Source: Cyanobacteria bacterium P01_A01_bin.123 (GTDB taxonomy: Bacteria > Cyanobacteriota > Cyanobacteriia > Phormidesmidales > Phormidesmidaceae). From it: a stretch of 48,523 nucleotides of DNA. Positions within the stretch are counted from its first letter, which is position 1; each line of letters opens with the position of its first letter. Shown piece by piece: positions 10,272 to 18,948 of this stretch. Both the position numbers and the translations under genes were made by a program. The notes beneath the pieces were generated by a model. It had not been told where the DNA came from. It made no database searches and saw only the letters and a list, made by a program, of their open reading frames with translations. The stretch is taken from positions 1-48,523 of the forward strand of contig JBCBZT010000057.1 in the NCBI GenBank assembly GCA_039815185.1, given 5' to 3'.

Positions 10272-11456
10272 TTAATCCCAAGTCTCGTTCCCTGTTGGTT
10301 CCTGGTAGTCCAGCTTTTGTTTTTGGTGGCGATACTCACCCACAATCGCATAAACAGAACTGCGCAACCGATTCAAGGCACCGACGGGGCGATGAACCGC
10401 TAGCCCATTCCAGGGGGAAAAGCGCAGGTTCTCGCAAAAATCGCACTGGGCTTCAATGTTGACGGTTTGATGGCTAACTGTCAGTCGACCAACGGTGAAA
10501 AACGGAGCTTTGGCTTCATCCCAAGACACCGTGACATCATCAATAGACATTTCGGGATCAGTTTGCACCTGAATCTGAAAGTCCCAACAGTAGGTGGCAT
10601 CCGGTTGCCCCAGCGCCTGAACCAGCTCTTCACGGTAGTAGTTATCTGGGGTGTTGCCCTGCTTGTGGCGGGTTTTAGCCAGCTTTCGATCTGCCTCTGG
10701 CCTAGCTGCCCGCGGTAGGGGCGTGTAGGGCGATTGATTTGAAACTGGCGTAAACGCAAACTTCACCACTGCTGGATAGGTAACGGGGACTTGGCCCGGT
10801 TGGGACGGATCAAAATTGGTTGGCAGGCCCAGGGCCGAAGCCGAACCGCTCCAGTACCGTTCCGTCAGCAAACTTTTAGGGGCGTGGCTGGTAATCCGGG
10901 CGAGGGCTGCTTTTTGTTTGGGGTGCAAAAACAGCCACACAATCACCCACAGGGTAGACGATGAAATTGCCTTGAAGAAGCCGTAGTAGGATCGAATACT
11001 GCGAATGAAGAAAGTATCTCCATTTTGCACAATCAAATCTTGGCTATGGTCTTCATGGCTTACGGGTAACCGCTCCCCGTCCACATCCATCACTTTGACT
11101 GACATGGAACGGGTGTCATCCACATAGTCGCTTTCAACGGTGGTGCGGCCATTGGCAAAGCGAATCCAAACGGGGTACTGACGGGGCTGGGCCAATAACC
11201 CCTGCTTCAGCGACATCGCCATTTGCTGAGCGGCTGACAGTCCAGCCGCCTGAGCGACAGTTTGCTGAATCGCCGCCTCGTCAAAGTCAAAAACCTCTAG
11301 GGTGCCTTTGATGCAAGCTTGGGTTTTGGCATGGGTATCCCGCAGGGCCTTTGCGGCATCGCCATAGAGTTGATCCATGCGGGCGCGAGTCGCCTGCCGT
11401 ATCCGGTCAGAAAAGGCTTGTTCGTCCTTTTCAGGATATTCAGTAAAAAGGGTCAT
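10272..11456 (-). CDS. Catalase-related heme protein (allene oxide synthase/hydroperoxide lyase type)
   Basis: RDTHAK distal His, IRFAN, FSPWN...HRPVGALNRLRSSVY proximal Tyr; start overlaps the upstream stop (ATGA). Confidence 0.85.
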   Translation of the reverse strand: MTLFTEYPEKDEQAFSDRIRQATRARMDQLYGDAAKALRDTHAKTQACIKGTLEVFDFDEAAIQQTVAQAAGLSAAQQMAMSLKQGLLAQPRQYPVWIRFANGRTTVESDYVDDTRSMSVKVMDVDGERLPVSHEDHSQDLIVQNGDTFFIRSIRSYYGFFKAISSSTLWVIVWLFLHPKQKAALARITSHAPKSLLTERYWSGSASALGLPTNFDPSQPGQVPVTYPAVVKFAFTPVSNQSPYTPLPRAARPEADRKLAKTRHKQGNTPDNYYREELVQALGQPDATYCWDFQIQVQTDPEMSIDDVTVSWDEAKAPFFTVGRLTVSHQTVNIEAQCDFCENLRFSPWNGLAVHRPVGALNRLRSSVYAIVGEYRHQKQKLDYQEPTGNETWD

Positions 11457-13117
11457 GGTTCGAGATCGAAGGTGACTTTATAGGGGCGATCGCCTTTGGG
11501 CACATTGCGATTCACAATATCTGACAGGGTTTTAGTCTGTTGAATGATCTCCCAGCCAGCGGGAGAAAACGTCTCTGGGTTAAAGATTTGAGGGGCCAGC
11601 AGCGGATTAGTTAACGCTTGGGAAAACGCATCAATGCCAATTAAACGAGCCACTAGAGGTTGAATGGTAGAGCCTTCCCGCACATCCTCCGCATAAAGCC
11701 CGACAAAAAACTCAATCTTATCCACGTGACCATAGAGCTCCTTAAGCTTTTGCTGGGCGTATTCATCACCCGTAATTTGGTCAAAATCCGTCACTCTTGG
11801 GAATCCGCACAGTTCCCGGTAGTCGTTATAGCTGCTGAGCTGAGCAGTGCGACCCAACTCAATCGTCGCCAACTCGGTGTAATCAATAAACGTCATCATC
11901 CCGTTCTTGGTTTCTCTGACCGGGAAATCTGGCGTGTTAAACAACCCAATCATGGAGCCGGGTTGAGAGCAGGTTTCTTCCATTAGGGCACCTAACCCTT
12001 GATCAATCAGCATTTGGTTGTTCCATAGGGTCTTACCCAAGGAAGTTTCTTCACCCTGGTAACGAATCTTTTCTGGAATCGCACTGTGCCAGCGATAGAC
12101 AAAGCTAAACTCGATCGCCATCCAGTTTTGTCGATACCAACTGGAATTGGTAAATGCTTCAGGATCGGCAAAAAAGTTGAAGTAATAGGGCGTGATGTGA
12201 AAAATATATTCTTCCATGATGATGTTCAAAATCACCACGGTTAAAACGTTACGCGCCGTTTGGAAGAGACGTTCATCATCCCAAGCTGGATAGGCTTTAG
12301 CGAGCTGCTCACAAATCCGGTTGTGTTCCCGAACGCAAAGGGTTGTCAGCATCACGTAACCGAGCTGCACATTGGCCCGATCGACCCCCATGGCAAACAA
12401 TTTGGCCTTTAAGTCAGGGGGCTGTTGTTGTTCAACCCGTAACGGGGTGTATAGCCCCTCAAACTGCGGATCGACAGTGCCGTTTTCAGGGTCAGCGTAG
12501 TAGAACAGCGGATATTCTTCTTCAGTGCCGTCCGCTCGTTTTAGCGGTTGGGTCTTCAGCTTGCCCCCCTCAAAGGATCGTAAGAGATGGGTTTGCTCGC
12601 GGGCCAAGCCATAGACATTACAAAGATCAATGTGATGATTAGAGGTGTTTTTTAGCCGATCGTTGCGATCGATCCGTAAGAAGCTATCGGTAAACCACTG
12701 CACCCAATACGGAAACAACAGGGTTGACTTCTTGGAATAGCGCGTTTTACCCTCCCGCTGCTGAAAGAGCACCTTCAAGTCAGCAAGAGCTGGAAGATTT
12801 TCCGCTTGATTAAACGCTGGGTCGGGAGGCAGATGTCGCCCGGTATAGCTGCGATCGGTAAGCGACTCCCAAGAGGTGTAGGTGTCTGTTTTCTTGGGCC
12901 GCTTAGTCCCTGGAATATGGGGATCCAGGGTCATCATGCTATGGGGATAGGGTCGATTGGGGACGCTATTGATCAGGTTGTTAATTAAGAACTTATTAAC
13001 CTTACGTTTAACGGGACGAATGCCCTGGATGAGTGCCCATAACGGCTGGAAGTGACTCAAGCTATAAGCCAACACCTTGTTGCGAAAGCCATCTCTGGAG
13101 GTGTCTCGTCTACCCAT
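11453..13117 (-). CDS. Cyclooxygenase-like heme peroxidase / fatty-acid dioxygenase
   Basis: HHIDLCNVYG, REHNRIC, WDDERLFQTAR, EFSFVYRWH (catalytic Tyr and proximal His), YNDYRE. Confidence 0.9.
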   Translation of the reverse strand: MGRRDTSRDGFRNKVLAYSLSHFQPLWALIQGIRPVKRKVNKFLINNLINSVPNRPYPHSMMTLDPHIPGTKRPKKTDTYTSWESLTDRSYTGRHLPPDPAFNQAENLPALADLKVLFQQREGKTRYSKKSTLLFPYWVQWFTDSFLRIDRNDRLKNTSNHHIDLCNVYGLAREQTHLLRSFEGGKLKTQPLKRADGTEEEYPLFYYADPENGTVDPQFEGLYTPLRVEQQQPPDLKAKLFAMGVDRANVQLGYVMLTTLCVREHNRICEQLAKAYPAWDDERLFQTARNVLTVVILNIIMEEYIFHITPYYFNFFADPEAFTNSSWYRQNWMAIEFSFVYRWHSAIPEKIRYQGEETSLGKTLWNNQMLIDQGLGALMEETCSQPGSMIGLFNTPDFPVRETKNGMMTFIDYTELATIELGRTAQLSSYNDYRELCGFPRVTDFDQITGDEYAQQKLKELYGHVDKIEFFVGLYAEDVREGSTIQPLVARLIGIDAFSQALTNPLLAPQIFNPETFSPAGWEIIQQTKTLSDIVNRNVPKGDRPYKVTFDLEP

Positions 13118-13460
13118 GCGCTGATTCTCCTAATAGAGGATTTCATACTCCCACGCTCTAAATTTTCTTCAATTCACCCGATTCATGCCAGGAAACACAA
13201 AAAAAGTAACCCGTTGAGAGCAAGGGGTTAAGGGGGGCAAGCCGTTACCATCGAAATTTAATCAGTTAATTACCGCAGCATGGGATATTCCAGCCCTCTA
13301 TGGCGCTGGTCAGATGGCTTAATGCACTTTCCTTTTCCATAGGTGTGACCGCTATCAGTTGTCAGGGCAATGTGCATCACCCCAGCCATACTCAAACATC
13401 ACATCTACGTAAAATCCCGGTCACCCTAGCCATCTAACTTTTGACACATGATAAGACCAT

Positions 13461-13507
13461 GATGAATGAGTGAGTTAATTGCCCGCTCGATGACTCACTC
13501 ATTCATC
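13461..13507. promoter_or_regulatory. Perfect 15-bp hairpin in the leader of the secreted repeat-peptide gene
   Basis: GATGAATGAGTGAGT...ACTCACTCATTCATC, ending about 30 nt before ATG 13537. Confidence 0.65.
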
Positions 13508-13536
13508 GCTCACCTAATGATTAAGGATTTGAAATC

Positions 13537-13785
13537 ATGAAACGCCTTGCACTTTCTCTGGTAACTATCGCGATCGCATCTGCGACCCTCGCACCCATCG
13601 CCAATGCCTCACCTAACTTCGATCAATTGCGTCGCGAAAACTTGGACAAAGATCAAAACAACTTCGATGAATTGCGTGAAGAAAACCTAGACAAAGAAGA
13701 CAACAAGTTTGACCGACTGCGCCGCGAAAACTTGGACAAAGATCAGAACAGCTTCGATGAATTGCGTGAAGCCTTGGTGGATTAA
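13537..13785 (+). CDS. Small secreted protein: Sec signal plus 4 x 15-aa repeats (FD[QER]LR[RE]ENLDK[DE])
   Basis: AAGGA RBS; MKRLALSLVTIAIASATLAPIANA signal with A-x-A site; 45-bp tandem repeats. Confidence 0.85.
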   Translation: MKRLALSLVTIAIASATLAPIANASPNFDQLRRENLDKDQNNFDELREENLDKEDNKFDRLRRENLDKDQNSFDELREALVD

Positions 13786-13990
13786 AACGATGGTTTAGCC
13801 CATCTGTTTTGCTTCATCGCCAGTTGTAGCGCTGGCCAGATTGCTAATGCACCTAGCATCACTGGGATGCTCAGTACACAAGCAATCTGGCTGGCCATAG
13901 CGCACAAAGCTTTGCGGCTACGGCTATAGAATCCTTTTTTGAGATCGCGATGCCTACGAATATAAAATTTTTGAAATAGCGGAATCCACT

Positions 13991-15457
13991 TCAATTTTCT
14001 GTTAATTTCAGCGTGGAATCGTAAATCTTTTCGTTAGCCAGTACCGATTTAGCTAAATCCACAACGGGTGCCGGATAATCGACACCAATGTGTACGTTAA
14101 ACCGCTTTTGTTCGACAGGTTGCAGTGTCCAAGGCTGGTGGACTTTCTTGGCAGGAACCTGGACAAGTTCTGGTAGCCAATGTTTCACGTAGCTGCCGTC
14201 AGGATCGTAGTCTTTAGACTGTTTGGGAATGTTGAAATAACGAAAGCCTCGGGCATCGTTCCCCACACCAGCCGTGTAATTCCAGTTGCCATAGTTGCTG
14301 CATACGTCATAGTCCACCAGTAGCGATTCAAACCACTCAGCTCCCATACGCCAATCGATCCCTAGATTTTTGGTCAAAAAACTGGCAACGTTCTGCCGTC
14401 CCCGATTGGACATAAACCCGGTGGTCGCCAGTTCGCGCATGTTAGCGTCTACTAACGGGAAACCAGTTTTGCCTTGACGCCACAGATCGAAACGCTCCCA
14501 ATCTTGTTTCCAGGCGATATTCAGCCCCCGCAACCCGGAGGGATAAAACACGCGATCGCCATACTTGGCGCACACAAAGCGAAAATAGTCACGCCAAAGC
14601 AGTTCAAAAATTAACCAGTAAGTGGAGTTGTTCTTGATCCGCTCGGATTCATAGCGCTGCACTGCTTCGTAGACTTTTCGGGGCGACAAACACCCCAACG
14701 CCAACCAAGGCGAAAACTTAGAAGAATAGTCGGCCCCCAACATACCGTTGCGGGTTTCTTTGTAAACCTTTAGGCAATCAGCCTGCCAAAGATAATGATC
14801 CAAGCGATCGAGACCAGCCGCTTCTCCTCCTTTGAACAGCAATACGCCCCGGTCATCAACCTCAGGGGGGGCTAAGCCCAAGTCTGATAAGGCTGGGATC
14901 GCCCCCAGTTCTAACTCAGCGGGTAATGGCGATAGTTTGGCTGGCGTTGGGAAGGTGGGATAAATCGTCCAGGCTTTTTCAACCTTTTTGCGAAAGCTGG
15001 TGAATACCTCCGGTAGCTTGCTCAGTGGGAAGGGCAAATCGTCGGGATGGCAAAGGGTCGCCCCCCAGAAGATCTCGGTTTTGATCCCCGCCCTTTTCAG
15101 CTTGGCTGCCAATGCCTGATCAACAGCAATTTCTTCAGCCGTGATCTCTTCATGCCAGTACACTGTTTCCACGCCATACGCTTGAGCGGTTTGAGGAATT
15201 ACCTCTTCGGGTTTACCCTGGCGCACCACCAAATCACTCCCGCGCGATCGCAGCTCTGCCCGCAACGCAGCCACACTCTCCAGCAAAAACTGGGCCCGAA
15301 AAGCGCCAGTCTTATGGAAGCCAAAGGCGGTTTCGCCAAACTGACGGGGATCAAAGCAATACACCGGGATCACCGTCGCTCCCTGCTGCAACGCTTGGTG
15401 CAAAGGTTCGTGATCGTGCAGGCGGAGGTCGTTACGGGTCCAAATTAGAATTCGCAT
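13991..15457 (-). CDS. Cryptochrome DASH
   Basis: RNDLRLHD, YKETRNGMLGADYSSKFSPWL, GFMSNRGRQNVASFL, SNYGNWNY. Confidence 0.95.
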   Translation of the reverse strand: MRILIWTRNDLRLHDHEPLHQALQQGATVIPVYCFDPRQFGETAFGFHKTGAFRAQFLLESVAALRAELRSRGSDLVVRQGKPEEVIPQTAQAYGVETVYWHEEITAEEIAVDQALAAKLKRAGIKTEIFWGATLCHPDDLPFPLSKLPEVFTSFRKKVEKAWTIYPTFPTPAKLSPLPAELELGAIPALSDLGLAPPEVDDRGVLLFKGGEAAGLDRLDHYLWQADCLKVYKETRNGMLGADYSSKFSPWLALGCLSPRKVYEAVQRYESERIKNNSTYWLIFELLWRDYFRFVCAKYGDRVFYPSGLRGLNIAWKQDWERFDLWRQGKTGFPLVDANMRELATTGFMSNRGRQNVASFLTKNLGIDWRMGAEWFESLLVDYDVCSNYGNWNYTAGVGNDARGFRYFNIPKQSKDYDPDGSYVKHWLPELVQVPAKKVHQPWTLQPVEQKRFNVHIGVDYPAPVVDLAKSVLANEKIYDSTLKLTEN

Positions 15458-15565
15458 AAAACTGGGTTTGTGGTTTCAAAACGCGATCGCGTTATTCTAA
15501 AGAAAAGTTAACAACTTCTCAGTTAACCTTCAAAACCCATTTTCTTGGAAGACCAAACGAGACCT

Positions 15566-16024
15566 ATGGCTGTTAAAGTTGGCGACACTGCCCCGGATTT
15601 TGCCCTTCAATCAGCATCGGGTGAGACGGTAAAGCTCAGCGACTTCAAGGGCCAAAAGCCCGTTGTGCTTTACTTTTACCCCAAAGACGATACTCCCGGC
15701 TGCACCGCTGAGGCCTGCAGCTTCCGTGATAGCTATGAAGCTTTTACTGATGCGGGTGCTGAGGTGATTGGCGTCAGTAGTGATTCCCCTGCTTCCCACC
15801 AAAAGTTTGCGGCTAAGCACAGCCTACCGTTTACGCTGCTCAGCGATGAAGGCAGCAAAATGCGCAAAGCTTACGGCGTACCCGCTACCCTAGGGTTACT
15901 CCCCGGTCGCGTCACCTATGTGATTGACCCAGCTGGGACAGTGCAGCACGTGTTCAATTCTCAGTTCAACGCCACAGCTCACGTGGGTGAAGCCCTGGGC
16001 GTACTGCAAAAAATTAACGCATAG
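15566..16024 (+). CDS. bcp: Peroxiredoxin Q / BCP
   Basis: [20 protein letters not shown]. Confidence 0.95.
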   Translation: MAVKVGDTAPDFALQSASGETVKLSDFKGQKPVVLYFYPKDDTPGCTAEACSFRDSYEAFTDAGAEVIGVSSDSPASHQKFAAKHSLPFTLLSDEGSKMRKAYGVPATLGLLPGRVTYVIDPAGTVQHVFNSQFNATAHVGEALGVLQKINA

Positions 16025-16033
16025 GACGGCATC

Positions 16034-16972
16034 ATGGATTTCACTGCGGCCCTACCGCCGTTTGTCATTACCCTGCGAGAAGGGGTAGAAGCCGCGCTGG
16101 TGGTGGGTATTGTTTTAGCTTGTTTGCAAAAGGCTCAGCGCTCCCAACTGAATCGCTGGGTTTATCTCGGGATTGTGGTCGGACTTGTCGGGAGTGGTTT
16201 TGTCGGTTTGGGACTAACCGCTGGATTAAGCCAACTGCAAATGGCCCTGCCCGGGCTACAAACTCTAATCAAACCTGCATTGGAAAGCCTATTTTGCGCG
16301 ATCGCCATCGCTATGCTGAGCTGGATGCTGCTGTGGATGACGCGACAAGCGCGATCGCTGAAGGCAGACATTGAAGATTCCATCACTGCCGCCTTAGCCC
16401 ACTCAAACGCTGCAGGCTGGAGCATTTTTACGCTCATCGCGATCGCAGTCCTGCGAGAAGGTTTTGAAACCGTGCTGTTTTTGTTCACTCAACTGCAACC
16501 CGGCATCACCCCGATTGCTGGCGCAGTGGCTGGGGGATTGGGCGCGATCGCCATTGGGTTTGCCCTATTTGGCCTGGGTGTGCGGATCAACTTGAAGCGA
16601 TTTTTCCAGGTGATGGGCATCTTGCTGCTGCTGATTGTAGGGGCACTGGTGGTGTCGATGTTGAAAAACTTAGACGCTGCGATCGCGGCCCTAGCCCAAC
16701 TCAACAATGGCGTAAACCTATGCTTCTCCAGCCAATCTTGCATTTTGGGACCGCAGCTTTGGGATGCTCACAATATTCTGCCGGACAAGCAGTTCCCTGG
16801 CGTGATTTTGAAGACGCTGCTGGGCTACCGCGATCGCCTTTATTTGGGGCAGCTACTGGGCTATGGCCTATTTTTGGCCACCATTGGCGGCGCTTATTTC
16901 CGTAGCCTAGGTTTAGCCCAACGGACTCAGGCTAAGGCTCAAGGGGCAAATCCGGAACAGCTAACGACCTAA
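16034..16972 (+). CDS. FTR1/EfeU-type iron permease
   Basis: Two REGxE motifs (LREGVEA, LREGFET) and multiple TM helices. Confidence 0.93.
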   Translation: MDFTAALPPFVITLREGVEAALVVGIVLACLQKAQRSQLNRWVYLGIVVGLVGSGFVGLGLTAGLSQLQMALPGLQTLIKPALESLFCAIAIAMLSWMLLWMTRQARSLKADIEDSITAALAHSNAAGWSIFTLIAIAVLREGFETVLFLFTQLQPGITPIAGAVAGGLGAIAIGFALFGLGVRINLKRFFQVMGILLLLIVGALVVSMLKNLDAAIAALAQLNNGVNLCFSSQSCILGPQLWDAHNILPDKQFPGVILKTLLGYRDRLYLGQLLGYGLFLATIGGAYFRSLGLAQRTQAKAQGANPEQLTT

Positions 16973-16991
16973 CGAGTTAGACTTACTTGCT

Positions 16992-17696
16992 ATGGTTACT
17001 TCTAAACTGCCTCAATCAACTGAAAACCCGAGTTCAGCGGATGTTAAACTACCGCCGGGTGATCTTTACAGTGACGAGCCAACTTTGGAAACCGACCTCC
17101 ATTTGCGGCAGATGCTACTGCTCATCACCAGCCTGGAGTGGCTCTGGCAAGACCGTACTGACTTTTTTGCCTCGGGCAACTTGACCATTTATTTCAGCCC
17201 CAAGCAGATCAAGTCCCAAGACTTTAGAGGCCCAGACTTCTTCGTGGTGTTGAATACAGAACGACGTACGCGCAAGAGCTGGGTGGTTTGGGAAGAAGAC
17301 GGCAAGTATCCCAACGTGATCATTGAGGTGTTATCAGACAGTACAGCTCAGTCTGATCGGGAAACCAAAAAACAGATTTATCAAGACACCTTTCGAACCC
17401 CTGAGTATTTTTGGGTTGATCCAGAAACCTTAGAGTTTGCTGGATTTGTGTTGATGGCAGGTGAATACGAGGAGATCGCCCCCAACGAGTCAGGACATCT
17501 GCGGAGCCGACAGCTTGGTTTATCTTTAGGCGTATATGACGATAAACTGCGATTTTTCAATCCCGATGGCACATTAGTCCCCACGCCCGAAGAAGCTGCT
17601 AAAGATGCTCAACAACAGGCAGAGCAAGCCCAGCAACGAGCGGAACGATTGGCGGAGCGACTGAAAGCACTAGGGGTCGATCCGGACACAGTTTAG
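16992..17696 (+). CDS. Uma2-family endonuclease-fold protein
   Basis: SDEPTLETDLH, GPDFFVV, IIEVLSDST, PEYFW, C-terminal AERLAERLKALGVDP. Confidence 0.92.
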   Translation: MVTSKLPQSTENPSSADVKLPPGDLYSDEPTLETDLHLRQMLLLITSLEWLWQDRTDFFASGNLTIYFSPKQIKSQDFRGPDFFVVLNTERRTRKSWVVWEEDGKYPNVIIEVLSDSTAQSDRETKKQIYQDTFRTPEYFWVDPETLEFAGFVLMAGEYEEIAPNESGHLRSRQLGLSLGVYDDKLRFFNPDGTLVPTPEEAAKDAQQQAEQAQQRAERLAERLKALGVDPDTV

Positions 17697-17739
17697 AGGC
17701 TAAGAGGCAGGTTCTTCTCGTAACCGTCAAGGCTGGCTG

Positions 17740-18948
17740 TTAACCCAACGGGGGCACGGTCAGCCCTTTTAACGGAGCCGAATCCCCGGATAACGGAAAT
17801 CCTTTACCCTGCACTAAAACCCAAAAGTTTCCCACTCCCATAGGATCGATCAAACGGTGTAGGCTATCACGCCTTTGCAAAGCCGCATTAATGCTGGCGG
17901 GATCGGTAGCGGTAATTTCAGCTAAGGCCGTCAGGCGATCGCCCAAGCCCAACGCCATCAAAAACAAACTTTGTTGAGTCATTCCCAAAGGGGCTAAACC
18001 ACAGATTTCTCCCTGGTTTTCAAGGGCAGTGAAGTCTACGTGGGCCGTGATGTCTTGATGACCCATGAACCGATAGGGATCGTTGTGGTGGCTATGGCGG
18101 TAATAGCATTGCAGCGTACCTTGGATCCGCGATCGCCCGTAGTAGCGATGGGCTGGATAACCATAATCAATGGTGATTAAAACCCCTTGTTTGATTTTGC
18201 TGGCGATCGCGCTCAGCCAGTCCAACGCGGCTAAATTCACCTCCGTACAGTAGCCCACGGGATAAATATCTGGGGTTAAGGCGATGCCGACTCGATCAAA
18301 ATAATCAGCCAGTCGCGGTGTTGAAAGCTCTCCTAGAGTGTCCTGAAACCCTAATCCATCCTCGGTCAAGGTCACATAAACTTCCTGCAGCCCTGAGTCA
18401 GTTAACTGTACCCGATGCACCGGAAAGGCATCCACCAGTTCGTTTGAAAAGACACAGCCAACGATTGACTCAGGGAAGATTTCGGCCAGCGATCGCCACT
18501 GGATCGCCACGCCCTGATCTTGCCAGCACTTTAATCGCTGTTGCTGCACGGCTATCAATTCAGCAGACGTTTCCACGAGAGTGTAATTTAATACTGCCAA
18601 ACAGTCTGGATAATGACGCTGAAGATAAGCCAACCCCTGATCCGCAATTAGCCCCTGCCCTGCCCCGAGTTCGACTACGGCGAAAGGCTGCGGACGTCCC
18701 AACCGTTGCCAAATCTCAGCGAACTGTTCTGCCAAAAGTTCCCCAAAATCACAACCCAAATGCGCTGAAGTGATAAAGTCTCCCTTCGGCCCCAGGTCAA
18801 CCCCAGCACGGGTGTAATAGCCTTCCTGGGGTTCATAAAGCACCATTGCCATATATTCGGCAAAAGAAATTCGTTGTTCAGGGCTCCCCTGAATTTTGGT
18901 GCGAATCAGATGCCTCAGTGCAGCATTGTCTTCAATTTGAACTGTCAT
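17740..18948 (-). CDS. Class I SAM-dependent methyltransferase, MidA/NDUFAF7 family
   Basis: GDFITS, VELGAGQG, SNELVDAFP, IDYG, DITAHVDF. Confidence 0.93.
   Translation of the reverse strand: MTVQIEDNAALRHLIRTKIQGSPEQRISFAEYMAMVLYEPQEGYYTRAGVDLGPKGDFITSAHLGCDFGELLAEQFAEIWQRLGRPQPFAVVELGAGQGLIADQGLAYLQRHYPDCLAVLNYTLVETSAELIAVQQQRLKCWQDQGVAIQWRSLAEIFPESIVGCVFSNELVDAFPVHRVQLTDSGLQEVYVTLTEDGLGFQDTLGELSTPRLADYFDRVGIALTPDIYPVGYCTEVNLAALDWLSAIASKIKQGVLITIDYGYPAHRYYGRSRIQGTLQCYYRHSHHNDPYRFMGHQDITAHVDFTALENQGEICGLAPLGMTQQSLFLMALGLGDRLTALAEITATDPASINAALQRRDSLHRLIDPMGVGNFWVLVQGKGFPLSGDSAPLKGLTVPPLG

Noticed and set aside
13782..13994. 70-aa minus-strand ORF abutting cry-DASH and the peptide gene
   Set aside because: No recognisable motif or RBS; cannot be supported
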